Shown here in pieces: positions 29,560 to 39,746 of a DNA stretch of 52,532 nucleotides (position 1 is the stretch's first letter; each line of letters begins with the position of its first letter). Both the position numbers and the translations under genes were made by a program. The notes beneath the pieces were generated by a model. That model worked only from the letters and a program-made list of their open reading frames with translations. It had not been told where the DNA came from and did not search any database. Source of the DNA: Arcobacteraceae bacterium (GTDB taxonomy: Bacteria; Campylobacterota; Campylobacteria; Campylobacterales; Arcobacteraceae); NCBI GenBank assembly GCA_048268245.1, contig JBLWVX010000017.1, forward strand, positions 1 through 52,532, in the 5' to 3' direction.

Positions 29560-32058
29560 ATGACAAACTTTCCAATAAATGAAGTAATACCTCAAATAAA
29601 AGAGGTATTACAAGATAAATCAAATCTTATTATAGAAGCTCCTGCAGGAGCTGGTAAAAGTACTATAGTTCCTATTAGCTTACTAAAAGAGACTTGGCTT
29701 GATGATAAAATGATTATTGTTTTAGAACCAAGAAGAGTAGCAGCTATTGCAGTTGCAACGCAAATGGCAAGATTATTAGGGCAGAAAGTAGGGCAAACAG
29801 TAGGTTATCAAATAAAACTAGATAGTAAAAAAAGTAGTAATACAAAAGTTTTAGTTGTAACTGAGGGAATTTTAACAAGAATGATACAGTCTGATCAGGC
29901 TTTAGAAAACTGTGCTTGTGTAATTTTTGATGAGTTTCATGAAAGAAGTATTAATACTGATTTAGGTCTTGCCCTATGTTTACAATCTCAAGAGCTACTA
30001 AGAGAAGATTTAAAAATAGTTTTAATGTCTGCAACTTTACAATCAAAAATGCTTCAAGAAACACTAAGTGGCTTTGAACTTATAAAAAGTGATGGACGTA
30101 TGTTTGAGGTTCAAGATATATATCTGCCTTTAGATATTAAACACCCTTCAATAAAAGACTTAGATAAACTTTTAGAAAGTATTGTATTAAAAGCATTGAG
30201 GGAAAATGAAGGGGATATTTTAGTTTTTCTTGCAGGCTTTAAAGAGATAAGCAATCTAAAAAAATTATTAGAACTTAGTTTAAAAGAAGATGTTTTAGTA
30301 ACTTCACTTCATTCAAATTTATCAAAAGAAGAACAAAACCTCTCTATAAATAAAAATGAAAAAAGAAAAGTTATTTTATCTACAAATATTGCTCAAACTT
30401 CTCTAACAATTGAAGGAGTTAAAGTAGTAATTGATTCAGGTTTAGAAAAAGTTTCAAGATATGATTTTACTACAGGAATGGATCATTTAGAATACTCTTT
30501 TATTTGTGAGGATAGTGCAACTCAAAGAGCTGGAAGAGCTGGTAGATTAAGTAAAGGGGTTTGTTATAAACTTTGGCACCAAAAAAGAATATTAAATCCA
30601 AGTTCAACACCTGAAATTTTAAGAGTTGATTTAAGCCCATTTATTTTAGATACCTCTCTTTGGGGCGTACAAGACTTAGAAGAATTAACCTTACTTGATA
30701 AACCTAAAAAAGAGTTTGAGAATAGTTCAAAAAGTTTACTTAAAAGTTTAGAACTTCTTGATAAAAAAGGAAATATTACTTCTTTAGGAGAAGATGTTTT
30801 AAATTTAGGTATTAACCCAAGACTTGGTTTTATGATATTAAAAGCAAATGAATTAGGTTTTGCAAAGCAAGCTTGTATAGTAGCTTCTTTATTAATAGAA
30901 AATGATATTCTAAAAACTGACTCTAAAGATTTTATGACTAGATTTGAAGCTGTATATGAACAAACAAACTTAAATAATGTAAATTTAAATAGGCTAGAAG
31001 TTGTAAAAAAACAAGCAGATATGTTTTTTACAAGACTTAATAAAATAAAAGAAATAAAAAGAGAAAAAAGTTTTGATAAAAATCTTTTAGGCATAATTTT
31101 GCTTTTTGCTTATCCTGATAGATTGGCAAAAAAAAGAGTAAACGCTGATAATATTTATGCTTTAAGTAATAAAAAAGCAGCACTTATAAATGATGATACT
31201 TTACAAAAAAATGAGTATTTAGTAGCTGTGAATATAAGTGCAAAACAAACAAACTCATATATCAATCAAGCTTTAGCTATTGACTTTAAGCTCTTAGATA
31301 AGTATTTAAAAAATCATTTTACTACATCTATTGAATCTATAAATAAAGATAACTTTGAGTTGTATGAAGTTTTGAAGTTTGAACAGCTTGTTATCTCTTA
31401 CAAAAAGGCAAGTTCTATTTCAAAAGAAGAGTATATTAATGCCATTTTAGATTTTATTAAAACAAAGGGTGTGAAACAAACTTTGAACTTTGATAAAAAA
31501 GCATTAAGTTTTCAAAATAGAATAAACTTTTATAACAACGCAAAAAGACAAAACTATAAATGTGATTTAGACTTGATGGATTTTAGTGATGAATATCTAA
31601 GTAATAGTGTTGAAATATGGTTAAAACCATTTTTAAGTAGTATTGAAAAGTTTGAGGATTTACAAAAACTTGATATTTATAGAATCCTTCTATCAAATAT
31701 AAACTATGAGGTTTTACAAAGTTTTGATAATCAACTACCTACACATATATGTGTACCAAGTGGTTCAAAAATAAAAATAGATTATACAGATTCTTTATGT
31801 GCTATTTTAGCAGTAAAAATACAAGAAGTTTTTTCACTACATCAAACACCAATGATTTTAAATAATCAAATACCTTTAACAATACATCTTTTAACTCCAG
31901 CACAAAGACCAATACAAATAACGCAAGACTTAAAAAGCTTTTGGGATAACTCTTATGAAGAAGTAAGAAAAGAGCTAAGAGGTAAATACAAAAAACATTA
32001 TTGGCCACAAAACCCTTCTGAAGCAGTACCTACTAATAGAGTAAAGAAAAATATGTAG
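29560..32058 (+). CDS. hrpB: ATP-dependent helicase HrpB
   Basis: GAGKST, EPRRVAA, DEFHERS, QRAGRAGR, C-terminal QITQDLKSFW..Y.EVRKELRGKYKKHYWP. Confidence 0.95.
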   Translation: MTNFPINEVIPQIKEVLQDKSNLIIEAPAGAGKSTIVPISLLKETWLDDKMIIVLEPRRVAAIAVATQMARLLGQKVGQTVGYQIKLDSKKSSNTKVLVVTEGILTRMIQSDQALENCACVIFDEFHERSINTDLGLALCLQSQELLREDLKIVLMSATLQSKMLQETLSGFELIKSDGRMFEVQDIYLPLDIKHPSIKDLDKLLESIVLKALRENEGDILVFLAGFKEISNLKKLLELSLKEDVLVTSLHSNLSKEEQNLSINKNEKRKVILSTNIAQTSLTIEGVKVVIDSGLEKVSRYDFTTGMDHLEYSFICEDSATQRAGRAGRLSKGVCYKLWHQKRILNPSSTPEILRVDLSPFILDTSLWGVQDLEELTLLDKPKKEFENSSKSLLKSLELLDKKGNITSLGEDVLNLGINPRLGFMILKANELGFAKQACIVASLLIENDILKTDSKDFMTRFEAVYEQTNLNNVNLNRLEVVKKQADMFFTRLNKIKEIKREKSFDKNLLGIILLFAYPDRLAKKRVNADNIYALSNKKAALINDDTLQKNEYLVAVNISAKQTNSYINQALAIDFKLLDKYLKNHFTTSIESINKDNFELYEVLKFEQLVISYKKASSISKEEYINAILDFIKTKGVKQTLNFDKKALSFQNRINFYNNAKRQNYKCDLDLMDFSDEYLSNSVEIWLKPFLSSIEKFEDLQKLDIYRILLSNINYEVLQSFDNQLPTHICVPSGSKIKIDYTDSLCAILAVKIQEVFSLHQTPMILNNQIPLTIHLLTPAQRPIQITQDLKSFWDNSYEEVRKELRGKYKKHYWPQNPSEAVPTNRVKKNM

Positions 32059-32129
32059 CATAAACTGATATATAAATACTATTAATTAATTCTTTTTTAT
32101 TATAAAATAAAGAAAAAAAAGGATTTATT

Positions 32130-33080
32130 ATGAAGCTAGGAGTATCAGCTTGTTTATTGGGGAGCATGTGTCGATATGATGGGACGAATTCTAAAGATGG
32201 TTTTATAGTAAATACCTTAGGTAACTATTTTAATTTTGAGCCATACTGTCCTGAAGCAGAAGTATTTGGAACACCAAGACCAACTATAAGATTAGTTGAA
32301 AGAGATAATGAAGTAAGAGTTGTAACTACATATGACAAAGTTGATTTAACAGACACCTTAGATGAATCATGTGAAAAAAATGCTAATAGAATTGAAAATG
32401 ATTATTTATGTGGCTTTATATTAAAAGCTAGCTCACCTACATGTGGACTTGAAAGAGTAAAGGTTTATAAAGAAATAAATGCACCAAGTGAAAAAAAAGG
32501 TGTTGGAAGATTTGCAGCTTTAATAAAAGAAAAATACCCATATCTTCCTATTGAAGAAGAGGGTAGACTTAAAGATGCTTGGCTTAGAGAAAACTTTTTA
32601 ATGCAAATTTTTGCCTATAAAAATCTACATGAATTTATAGATAGTAAACCTACTTTTAAAGATTTAGTACAGTTTCATACTGATTATAAATATCTTATTT
32701 ATTCAAAGTCAACTAAAGCCTATAAAGAGCTTGGAAATATTGTTGCAAATCATGATAAAAAAGATATTGAAGATATTTTAGAAGAGTATAAATTAGCCTT
32801 TTTAAAAGCAATAAATGAAAAAGGTAATATTAAAAAGACTTATAATGTACTTTTACATATATTTGGATATTTCAAAAAACTTATTTCTAAAGAAGAAAAA
32901 GAAGAGATTTTAGAATCAATTGAAGATTATAGATCAAAACTTATTCCTTTAATTGCTGTAATTAAAATAATAAACGTTTATACAAAAAGATTTGATGTGC
33001 AGTATTTAAAAACTCAAAAATTTTTAAATCCATATCCAAAAGAGTTAGCATTAAGATCTGATGTAAAGGCTTATAAGTAA
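32130..33080 (+). CDS. YbgA-family DUF523/DUF1722 protein
   Basis: GVSACLLG..CRYDG, CPE, SPTCG, EEEGRL, FHTDYK, FLNPYP. Confidence 0.9.
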   Translation: MKLGVSACLLGSMCRYDGTNSKDGFIVNTLGNYFNFEPYCPEAEVFGTPRPTIRLVERDNEVRVVTTYDKVDLTDTLDESCEKNANRIENDYLCGFILKASSPTCGLERVKVYKEINAPSEKKGVGRFAALIKEKYPYLPIEEEGRLKDAWLRENFLMQIFAYKNLHEFIDSKPTFKDLVQFHTDYKYLIYSKSTKAYKELGNIVANHDKKDIEDILEEYKLAFLKAINEKGNIKKTYNVLLHIFGYFKKLISKEEKEEILESIEDYRSKLIPLIAVIKIINVYTKRFDVQYLKTQKFLNPYPKELALRSDVKAYK

Positions 33081-34426
33081 TGAAACAGATTTTATGGTTT
33101 AGAAGAGACCTAAGGGTTACAAATAGTGCATTGCTTTGTAAATCAAAACATGAGGTAATGCCTATTTTTATCTTTGATACTGATATTTTAAACTCACTTG
33201 AAAAAAATGATAAAAGAGTGAGTTTTATTTATAAGTCAGTACTTAGCTTAAAAAAACAGTTAAAAGCCTTAGGTTTGGATTTAGCTATTTTTTATGGAAA
33301 ACCAATAGAGATTTTCTCAAAGCTTAAACCTTTAGGTTTTGATGAGATTTTATGTTCATGCGATTTTGATGATTATGCTAAAAAAAGAGATGAGCAAGTT
33401 GAACAAATATTGCTACTTAGAAGATATAGTGATTCATATATTATCAAACCTTGGAATGCTTTAAAAAAAGATGGAACACCCTATAAGGTATTTACACCTT
33501 TTTATAAAAATCTTTCATATATTTGGGAAAGTGATGCTCTAGAAGAGTTTGAAGTAAATAAAAACTTAAAACTAATAGCTTATGATTATGAACACATACC
33601 AAGTTTAGAGAGTATGGGCTTTGATGAGGTTGAACTTCCTTTTTTTTTAAATAAAACTGCTCAAGAATTAATAGAAGAGTTTTCTTCAAAAATTGAAGTT
33701 TATGAAGAACAAAGAGATATTTTTTATAAAAGTGCTACTTCATCTTTAGCAGTTCATTTAAGGTTTGGACTTATATCTCCCGTAGAGGTTTTTAATAAAA
33801 TCAAAAAATTAAAAGGTGCAAATACAGAGTTTTTTATAAGAGAGCTTTTTTGGAGAGAGTTTTATAACTATATACTTTTTCATTTTCCTAAAAGTGAATT
33901 TGAGAATTTCAATGGCTTAGAAGTTTCATGGAATCAAAATGAAGAGGATTTTGAGAGATGGTGTGAAGGTAAAACAGGAGTTCCATTAATAGACGCAGCC
34001 ATGATTTATTTTAATAAAACAGGAACAATGCATAATAGATTAAGAATGATAGTATCTTCATTTTTAACAAAAAATCTATTAATTGATTGGAAAAAAGGTG
34101 AGAAATATTTTGCTTCTAAACTTTTAGATTATGATGCAAGTTCAAATATAGGTTCATGGCAATGGGCAGCTAGTACTGGTGCTGATAGTGTTCCATATTT
34201 TAGGATTTTTAATCCATATACTCAAAGTGCAAAGTTTGATAAAAAAGGTTTGTTTATTAAAAGTGTAATGCCTCAATTTGAAGAGGTGGATCCAAAGCTT
34301 TTCCATAAAGAAGGTGCACTAGCAAATAGTTTATTTATTGATTATGTAAAGCCTATAGTTTCAATTGAGCTTTCAAGAAAAAGAGCATTAGAGGCTTTTA
34401 AAGGAGCTAAAAATGAAAAAGCTTGA
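33080..34426 (+). CDS. phrB: Deoxyribodipyrimidine photolyase
   Basis: WFRRDLR, YKVFTPF, RELFWREF, MHNRLRM, DYDASSNIGSWQW, YFRIFNP. Confidence 0.92.
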   Translation: MKQILWFRRDLRVTNSALLCKSKHEVMPIFIFDTDILNSLEKNDKRVSFIYKSVLSLKKQLKALGLDLAIFYGKPIEIFSKLKPLGFDEILCSCDFDDYAKKRDEQVEQILLLRRYSDSYIIKPWNALKKDGTPYKVFTPFYKNLSYIWESDALEEFEVNKNLKLIAYDYEHIPSLESMGFDEVELPFFLNKTAQELIEEFSSKIEVYEEQRDIFYKSATSSLAVHLRFGLISPVEVFNKIKKLKGANTEFFIRELFWREFYNYILFHFPKSEFENFNGLEVSWNQNEEDFERWCEGKTGVPLIDAAMIYFNKTGTMHNRLRMIVSSFLTKNLLIDWKKGEKYFASKLLDYDASSNIGSWQWAASTGADSVPYFRIFNPYTQSAKFDKKGLFIKSVMPQFEEVDPKLFHKEGALANSLFIDYVKPIVSIELSRKRALEAFKGAKNEKA

Positions 34427-35834
34427 TGTAGCTGTTGTTGGTTCAGGAATAGGGGGAAGTTTAATAGCTTCTCTTAATAGCAGTAAAAACCTAGTATTAT
34501 TTGAAAGAGATAAAAAACTTGGAGGATGTGCTAGTACTTTCAAAAGATTTGGAAGTTATTTTAATGCAGGGGCTACTACTTTTGTTGGATATGAACAAAA
34601 ACACCCAATAAAAGAGATATTTGATGAAATAGATTTTAAGCCTGATTTACTGAAAAGTAAAGTTGCAATTAGAACAATTCAAAATAAAAAGGTTTTAGAT
34701 AGAACAAAAGATTTTGATAAGTTTTTAGAGGATATAAATAAAATATATCCCAATAAAAACAACGAACTTTTTTGGAAGACATTAAAACAAATTGATGAGA
34801 AGTTTTGGAATCTAAAAAAACTTTATTTTGCAAAATATAGCCTAAAAGCATATATTAAAAGTGCTGTTTTTGTAGCTGAACTTTTAAAAGAGTTTAAATT
34901 TGATATATTTAAAAGTGCAAAAGGTTTTATATCTTCTACTTTAGGAGACATAAGTGATGAGTATCAAAGTTTTATAGATGCCCAACTTTTTATTACTGTT
35001 CAAACGACATCTAAAAATATTCCATTATTATCAATGGCATTAGGGCTTTCTTATCCTTTCCATGACGTTTATTATGTGAACAACGGAATGGGACATATTT
35101 TTGATGGGATATTGAAAAATGTAGATACTCACAATAAGGAAGAAGTTTTAAAAATAATCAAAAAAGAAAATGAGTATTTAATCAAAACAAATAAAGATGA
35201 ATATTTAAGTAAAAATGTCATTTTAAACTCTACAGTTTTTGATAGTAGTTCTTTATTTGAAGATGAAAAAATAAAAAAATATTACAACTCTTTTAAATTC
35301 AATGACCAAAGTGCTTTTGTTGTTTATATAAAGCTTGATATAAAACCTGAACTTATTCATCATTATCAAATTGTTTTAAATAAAAATATCCCAAATTGCA
35401 TTTCAAATTCATTTTTTGTCTCTTTTTCAGATGTAAATGACGAAGTTTTAAGCTCTAAAGGTTTAAGCATAACTATCTCAACTCATACAAAAGCAAATTT
35501 TTGGAAAAATTTAAGCACCAGTGAGTATGAGAATAAAAAAATAGAAACAATGAACTATATTATAGAAGAGTTTTTAAATAATTTTGATATTATAAATAAA
35601 GATAATATTAAAACAGCTTTTAGTGCAACATCTACTACTTTTAATAGTTATATAAATAGATTTAATTGTGGTGGCAGTGCTATTAGTATAAAAAATGCTT
35701 TGAGTCTACCTTCATGTAAAACTCCTTTTAAAGGACTTTATAATGTAGGTGATACAGTTTTTGCAGGTCAAGGATGGCCAGGTATTGTTCTTGGTGTTAA
35801 GGTATTAAATAAGGAGTTAAATGAAGAGTTTTGA
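34413..35834 (+). CDS. Phytoene-desaturase-family FAD-dependent oxidoreductase
   Basis: VVGSGIGG, LGGCASTF.R..F.AGAT, C-terminal GLYNVGDTVFAGQGWPG. Confidence 0.8.
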   Translation: MKKLDVAVVGSGIGGSLIASLNSSKNLVLFERDKKLGGCASTFKRFGSYFNAGATTFVGYEQKHPIKEIFDEIDFKPDLLKSKVAIRTIQNKKVLDRTKDFDKFLEDINKIYPNKNNELFWKTLKQIDEKFWNLKKLYFAKYSLKAYIKSAVFVAELLKEFKFDIFKSAKGFISSTLGDISDEYQSFIDAQLFITVQTTSKNIPLLSMALGLSYPFHDVYYVNNGMGHIFDGILKNVDTHNKEEVLKIIKKENEYLIKTNKDEYLSKNVILNSTVFDSSSLFEDEKIKKYYNSFKFNDQSAFVVYIKLDIKPELIHHYQIVLNKNIPNCISNSFFVSFSDVNDEVLSSKGLSITISTHTKANFWKNLSTSEYENKKIETMNYIIEEFLNNFDIINKDNIKTAFSATSTTFNSYINRFNCGGSAISIKNALSLPSCKTPFKGLYNVGDTVFAGQGWPGIVLGVKVLNKELNEEF

Positions 35835-36822
35835 GCTTAAAGTCTCTTTTCAAGATTGGGTTTATATTATAATTATTGCTACATTTTTTGGATTTTTAAT
35901 TTCTTTTGTTTTTTATTTTTTAAATGAAGACTTACAAAGAGTTTCTACTATTACATTTAGTACAGCAAGTGCTATAATAATTTCTATTTTTGCTTCTATT
36001 TTAATTACCATATCAAATAATTTTATTTTACCAAAGGTAAATAAGCAGTTTTGGTATTTAATTAGTTTTGGTTTTTCTTTCTTATCAGGAGCTATTGGTT
36101 TTCTTTTTTCTTATTCATTCTTTTCTAATTTTGATATAAAGATTATTGATTTTATACAGCCATATGCAACATATATTGGTGTTACGATTGGTTTTCTAAC
36201 TTTTCTTATTGGTTTGATTTTGCATCAGTTTATTTCAATGAAATATAAAAATGAATCAATTAAAAGTGAAATTTTAGAAACAAAATTGAAAGCGTTAGAG
36301 AGTGAACTTAATCCTCATTTTTTATTTAATGCTTTAAACTCTATTAGTGAACTTATTTACATAGATAAGAAAAAAGCTGAACAATCAGTAATAAATGTAT
36401 CTAAATTTTTAAGAAATGCTATTTATACGGAGAGTTTAATTAGTTGTGAAAATGAACTAGAAATGGTAAAAACTTATGTTAATATCGAAAATACTAGATT
36501 TGAAGATAAGATAAAACTTTTTATTAGCTCAAATAATGCTTGTTTAAAAAAATATGTTCCAAAATTTTCAATTCAGTTACTTGTTGAAAATGCAATCAAG
36601 CATGGCTATAGAGGGGTTTATTTAAATGTATTTATTGAGATAAAACAAGATAGAATTGAAGTAAGTAATGATGGCAAAATAAGTGAAAATGTAAACTATG
36701 GTACGGGTCTTAAAAATCTTGATAAAAGATTACAACTACTAGAAATTGGTAGTTTAGATTATGAAATTGAAGATAAAATGAAGTTTATAATAAGGTTGAA
36801 CAATGAAGATATTGATAGTTGA
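35821..36822 (+). CDS. LytS-type membrane histidine kinase
   Basis: 4 TM; LNPHFLFNALN, IQLLVENAIKHG, GTGLKN. Confidence 0.92.
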   Translation: MKSFELKVSFQDWVYIIIIATFFGFLISFVFYFLNEDLQRVSTITFSTASAIIISIFASILITISNNFILPKVNKQFWYLISFGFSFLSGAIGFLFSYSFFSNFDIKIIDFIQPYATYIGVTIGFLTFLIGLILHQFISMKYKNESIKSEILETKLKALESELNPHFLFNALNSISELIYIDKKKAEQSVINVSKFLRNAIYTESLISCENELEMVKTYVNIENTRFEDKIKLFISSNNACLKKYVPKFSIQLLVENAIKHGYRGVYLNVFIEIKQDRIEVSNDGKISENVNYGTGLKNLDKRLQLLEIGSLDYEIEDKMKFIIRLNNEDIDS

Positions 36823-37519
36823 TGATGAAAACTTAGCAATAAGTAGATTAAAAAGATTACTAAATGATGAGGGATTAGAAGATATTACTACTTTTACAAA
36901 TCCCGAAGAAGCTTTAAAACAGTGCACAAAAACTAAATATGATGCAGTTTTTTTAGATATTTCAATGCCTGAAATAACAGGATTAGAGCTTGCAAATAGA
37001 ATATTAGAATTAGAACCTAAAACTTTTGTAGTGTTCCAAACAGCTTATGATGAATATGCTCTAGAAGCTTATAAGAATGGTGGAATGGGATATTTGTTAA
37101 AACCAATTGATACTGACTCTTTAAAAGAGATATTAAAGAAGATTGAAACTTATATTCATACTTCTAGTGAAAAGCTTGAAGAAAAAAAGATTATTGCTAA
37201 AAGGGGAGATAAAATATATTTAATTGATTTAGATGATATATATTATATCAGAGCAGATTTAGATGAAGTAATAATCAAAATAAAAGAAACAGATGCTTAT
37301 GTAAGGAAGAAAATAGGGGATTTGGAAAAACTTTTATCAAATAAAAACTTTTTTAGAATTCATAGATCATACATAGTAAATGTAGATAAAATTAAATCTA
37401 TGCAAAGTGTAGAACAATCAAAACTACAAATCTCTTTTAATGGAATTGATGAAGTTGTAACATCATCTAAAGATGGTGCGAAAGAGTTTAGAGAGTATTT
37501 AGAGCGAAGATTATTATAA
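36803..37519 (+). CDS. LytTR-family response regulator
   Basis: VDDE, FLDISMP, YLLKP, FFRIHRSYIVN. Confidence 0.95.
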   Translation: MKILIVDDENLAISRLKRLLNDEGLEDITTFTNPEEALKQCTKTKYDAVFLDISMPEITGLELANRILELEPKTFVVFQTAYDEYALEAYKNGGMGYLLKPIDTDSLKEILKKIETYIHTSSEKLEEKKIIAKRGDKIYLIDLDDIYYIRADLDEVIIKIKETDAYVRKKIGDLEKLLSNKNFFRIHRSYIVNVDKIKSMQSVEQSKLQISFNGIDEVVTSSKDGAKEFREYLERRLL

Positions 37520-37586
37520 GTTAACATTTTATATATATTAATACTCTTCTTTTATTGTTAAAATTTAAATAAAAAAGGAGGGTATT

Positions 37587-38036
37587 ATGAAAAGATTTGA
37601 AAAAAGTACTCTTATTAAATGTAGTGCTGAAGAACTTTTTGATTTTCATACGAATACCAACAACCTAACAAAAATAACACCTCCTGATATAAAAGTAAAA
37701 CTTTTAACTCCTGATTTTAAAGCCCAAGAAGGAGAAATTCTAAAACTTAAAAGTATTAAAAACTATATTCCCATTAACTGGACAGTAAAAATATCAAAAA
37801 GCCAAAGACCTAATAAGATTGTTGATACTGCTTTAAAGTCTCCATTCAAATATTGGGAACACCAACATCTTTTTATTCAACATGAAAAGTTTACTGAATT
37901 AAAAGATGTAGTCAACTATGAAATGCCATTTGGAATTATTGGAGAGTTTTTAGAGCCTTTCGTATATAGTGATTTACTTAAGATGTTTGAGTTTAGACAT
38001 GAGGTTACTAAAAAGATTTTAGAAAATAAAGAGTAG
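37587..38036 (+). CDS. SRPBCC family protein
   Basis: LFDFH....NL..ITPP, SPFKYWEHQHLF, D.V.Y..PFG..G, MFEFRH. Confidence 0.85.
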   Translation: MKRFEKSTLIKCSAEELFDFHTNTNNLTKITPPDIKVKLLTPDFKAQEGEILKLKSIKNYIPINWTVKISKSQRPNKIVDTALKSPFKYWEHQHLFIQHEKFTELKDVVNYEMPFGIIGEFLEPFVYSDLLKMFEFRHEVTKKILENKE

Positions 38037-38109
38037 ATACCAAGTAATTGTTTTATCTTTAGCAAGTTTTTATTGGTTATAATACCTAAAACTGACTTGT
38101 GGAATTACT

Positions 38110-39732
38110 ATGAACAAAATATTACTTGTGGACAACTCTAAGCTAATTATTAATGTTTTAGAAGAGCTATTTTTAGAGAAAAATAATTTTGAAGTATATA
38201 AAGCAAAAACACTAGATGAAGTAGAACAGTTAATTTTATCTAATAACTTTTTTATAGCAATATCAAACCTTGTATTACCTGATGCTTTAAACGGTGAGTT
38301 ATTAGATACTTTTAAAAATGCAAATATTCCTACAATAATTTTAAGTTCAAAAATTGATTATAATTTTATGAACGATATTGATAACTTAAATATAATTGAT
38401 TATGTTTCAAAAGACTCTGTTCATGGTTTAGAAAGTATAAGTGATTTAGCAGAATTATTATTATATATAAAAGATAGTCAAGTTTTAGTAGTCGAGGACT
38501 CAAATGTAGTAACTCAGCAAATAAAAGCAACTTTAGAAACACTATTTTTAAAGGTTAAAACTGTTTCTAATGGTGATGAGGCATTAAATGAACTTGAAAA
38601 TAATAAAGATATTTCAATGGTAATTAGTGATTATAATATGCCTAAAATGGATGGTCTAGAACTTACTAGAGCTATTAGAAAAAATAAATTTACGAGCTCT
38701 TTACCTATTGTAATAATAAGTTCAGATTATAATCCTCAACAAAGAATAAAACTTTTTAAGAATGGTGCCAATGATTATTTAAGTAAACCCATCTTAGAAG
38801 AAGAGTTAAAATCAAAAGTATTAGATACTTTTTCAAATATAAAAAAGATTGAGGATATACAAAGTTTTAATAAAATTTTTGATGAAAATATTATAACTTC
38901 ATCAACTGATACAAAAGGTAATATACAAACAGTATCTAAGGCATTTTGTAAAATATCAGGTTATGAGAAAGAAGAGTTAGTTGGCAAAAACCATAATATT
39001 GTAAGACATCCAGATATGCCAAAAAGCTTGTATGAAGAGCTATGGAATACAATAACAAAAGGACAAATCTGGAAAGGTGAGATAAAAAACCTTAAAAAAG
39101 ATGGTAGTTATTATTGGGTAAAAGCTGTTATTGAGCCTAAGTTTAACAAAAATGGTGATATTACGAGTTATTTTGCAATTAGGGAAGATATAACGGATAG
39201 AAAGAGAATTTATGAACTTTCTATTACAGATGCTTTGACTTTATTATACAATAGAAGATATTTTAATGATACTGCTCATAATTTTGTTTTAGAGAGTGTT
39301 AGAAACAACAAAGTATTTGCTTTTGTTTTACTAGATATAGATAATTTCAAAAAATATAATGATACTTATGGTCATCAAGATGGTGATGATGTACTAATAA
39401 AAGTTGCGAATAGTTTAAAAGCTACTTTTAAAAGAGGAGATGATCAAGTATTTAGGTTAGGTGGTGAAGAGTTTGGGGTTTTAATTAGCTCTAAAACTAA
39501 ACTTAATATTATGGACTTAATTGAAGAGGCTAGAGCAAATATAGAAAACCTTAAAATAAAGCATGAAAAAAACCCACCTTTAAACGTAGTCACTGCTTCT
39601 TTTGGAGCACTTATAATATTTTTAGATAGTAATGAAAATATTAAAGTTGAGAATATCTATAAAAAAGCTGATGAGCAACTTTATAAAGCTAAAGAAAATG
39701 GTAGAAATACAATAGAATACTTAGAGCTTTAG
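38110..39732 (+). CDS. REC-REC-PAS-GGDEF diguanylate cyclase
   Basis: Degenerate first receiver (ISNLVLPD), intact second (ISDYNMP), PAS HNIVRHPD, DIDNFK..ND..GH..GD, RLGGEEF. Confidence 0.92.
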   Translation: MNKILLVDNSKLIINVLEELFLEKNNFEVYKAKTLDEVEQLILSNNFFIAISNLVLPDALNGELLDTFKNANIPTIILSSKIDYNFMNDIDNLNIIDYVSKDSVHGLESISDLAELLLYIKDSQVLVVEDSNVVTQQIKATLETLFLKVKTVSNGDEALNELENNKDISMVISDYNMPKMDGLELTRAIRKNKFTSSLPIVIISSDYNPQQRIKLFKNGANDYLSKPILEEELKSKVLDTFSNIKKIEDIQSFNKIFDENIITSSTDTKGNIQTVSKAFCKISGYEKEELVGKNHNIVRHPDMPKSLYEELWNTITKGQIWKGEIKNLKKDGSYYWVKAVIEPKFNKNGDITSYFAIREDITDRKRIYELSITDALTLLYNRRYFNDTAHNFVLESVRNNKVFAFVLLDIDNFKKYNDTYGHQDGDDVLIKVANSLKATFKRGDDQVFRLGGEEFGVLISSKTKLNIMDLIEEARANIENLKIKHEKNPPLNVVTASFGALIIFLDSNENIKVENIYKKADEQLYKAKENGRNTIEYLEL

Positions 39733-39746
39733 TTCTTTAAGTATTT

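Noticed and set aside
32059..37586. Similar-looking promoter stretches upstream of the ybgA-like and SRPBCC genes as a shared LytTR box
   Set aside because: Similarity is limited to A/T tracts; no clear spaced direct repeat.
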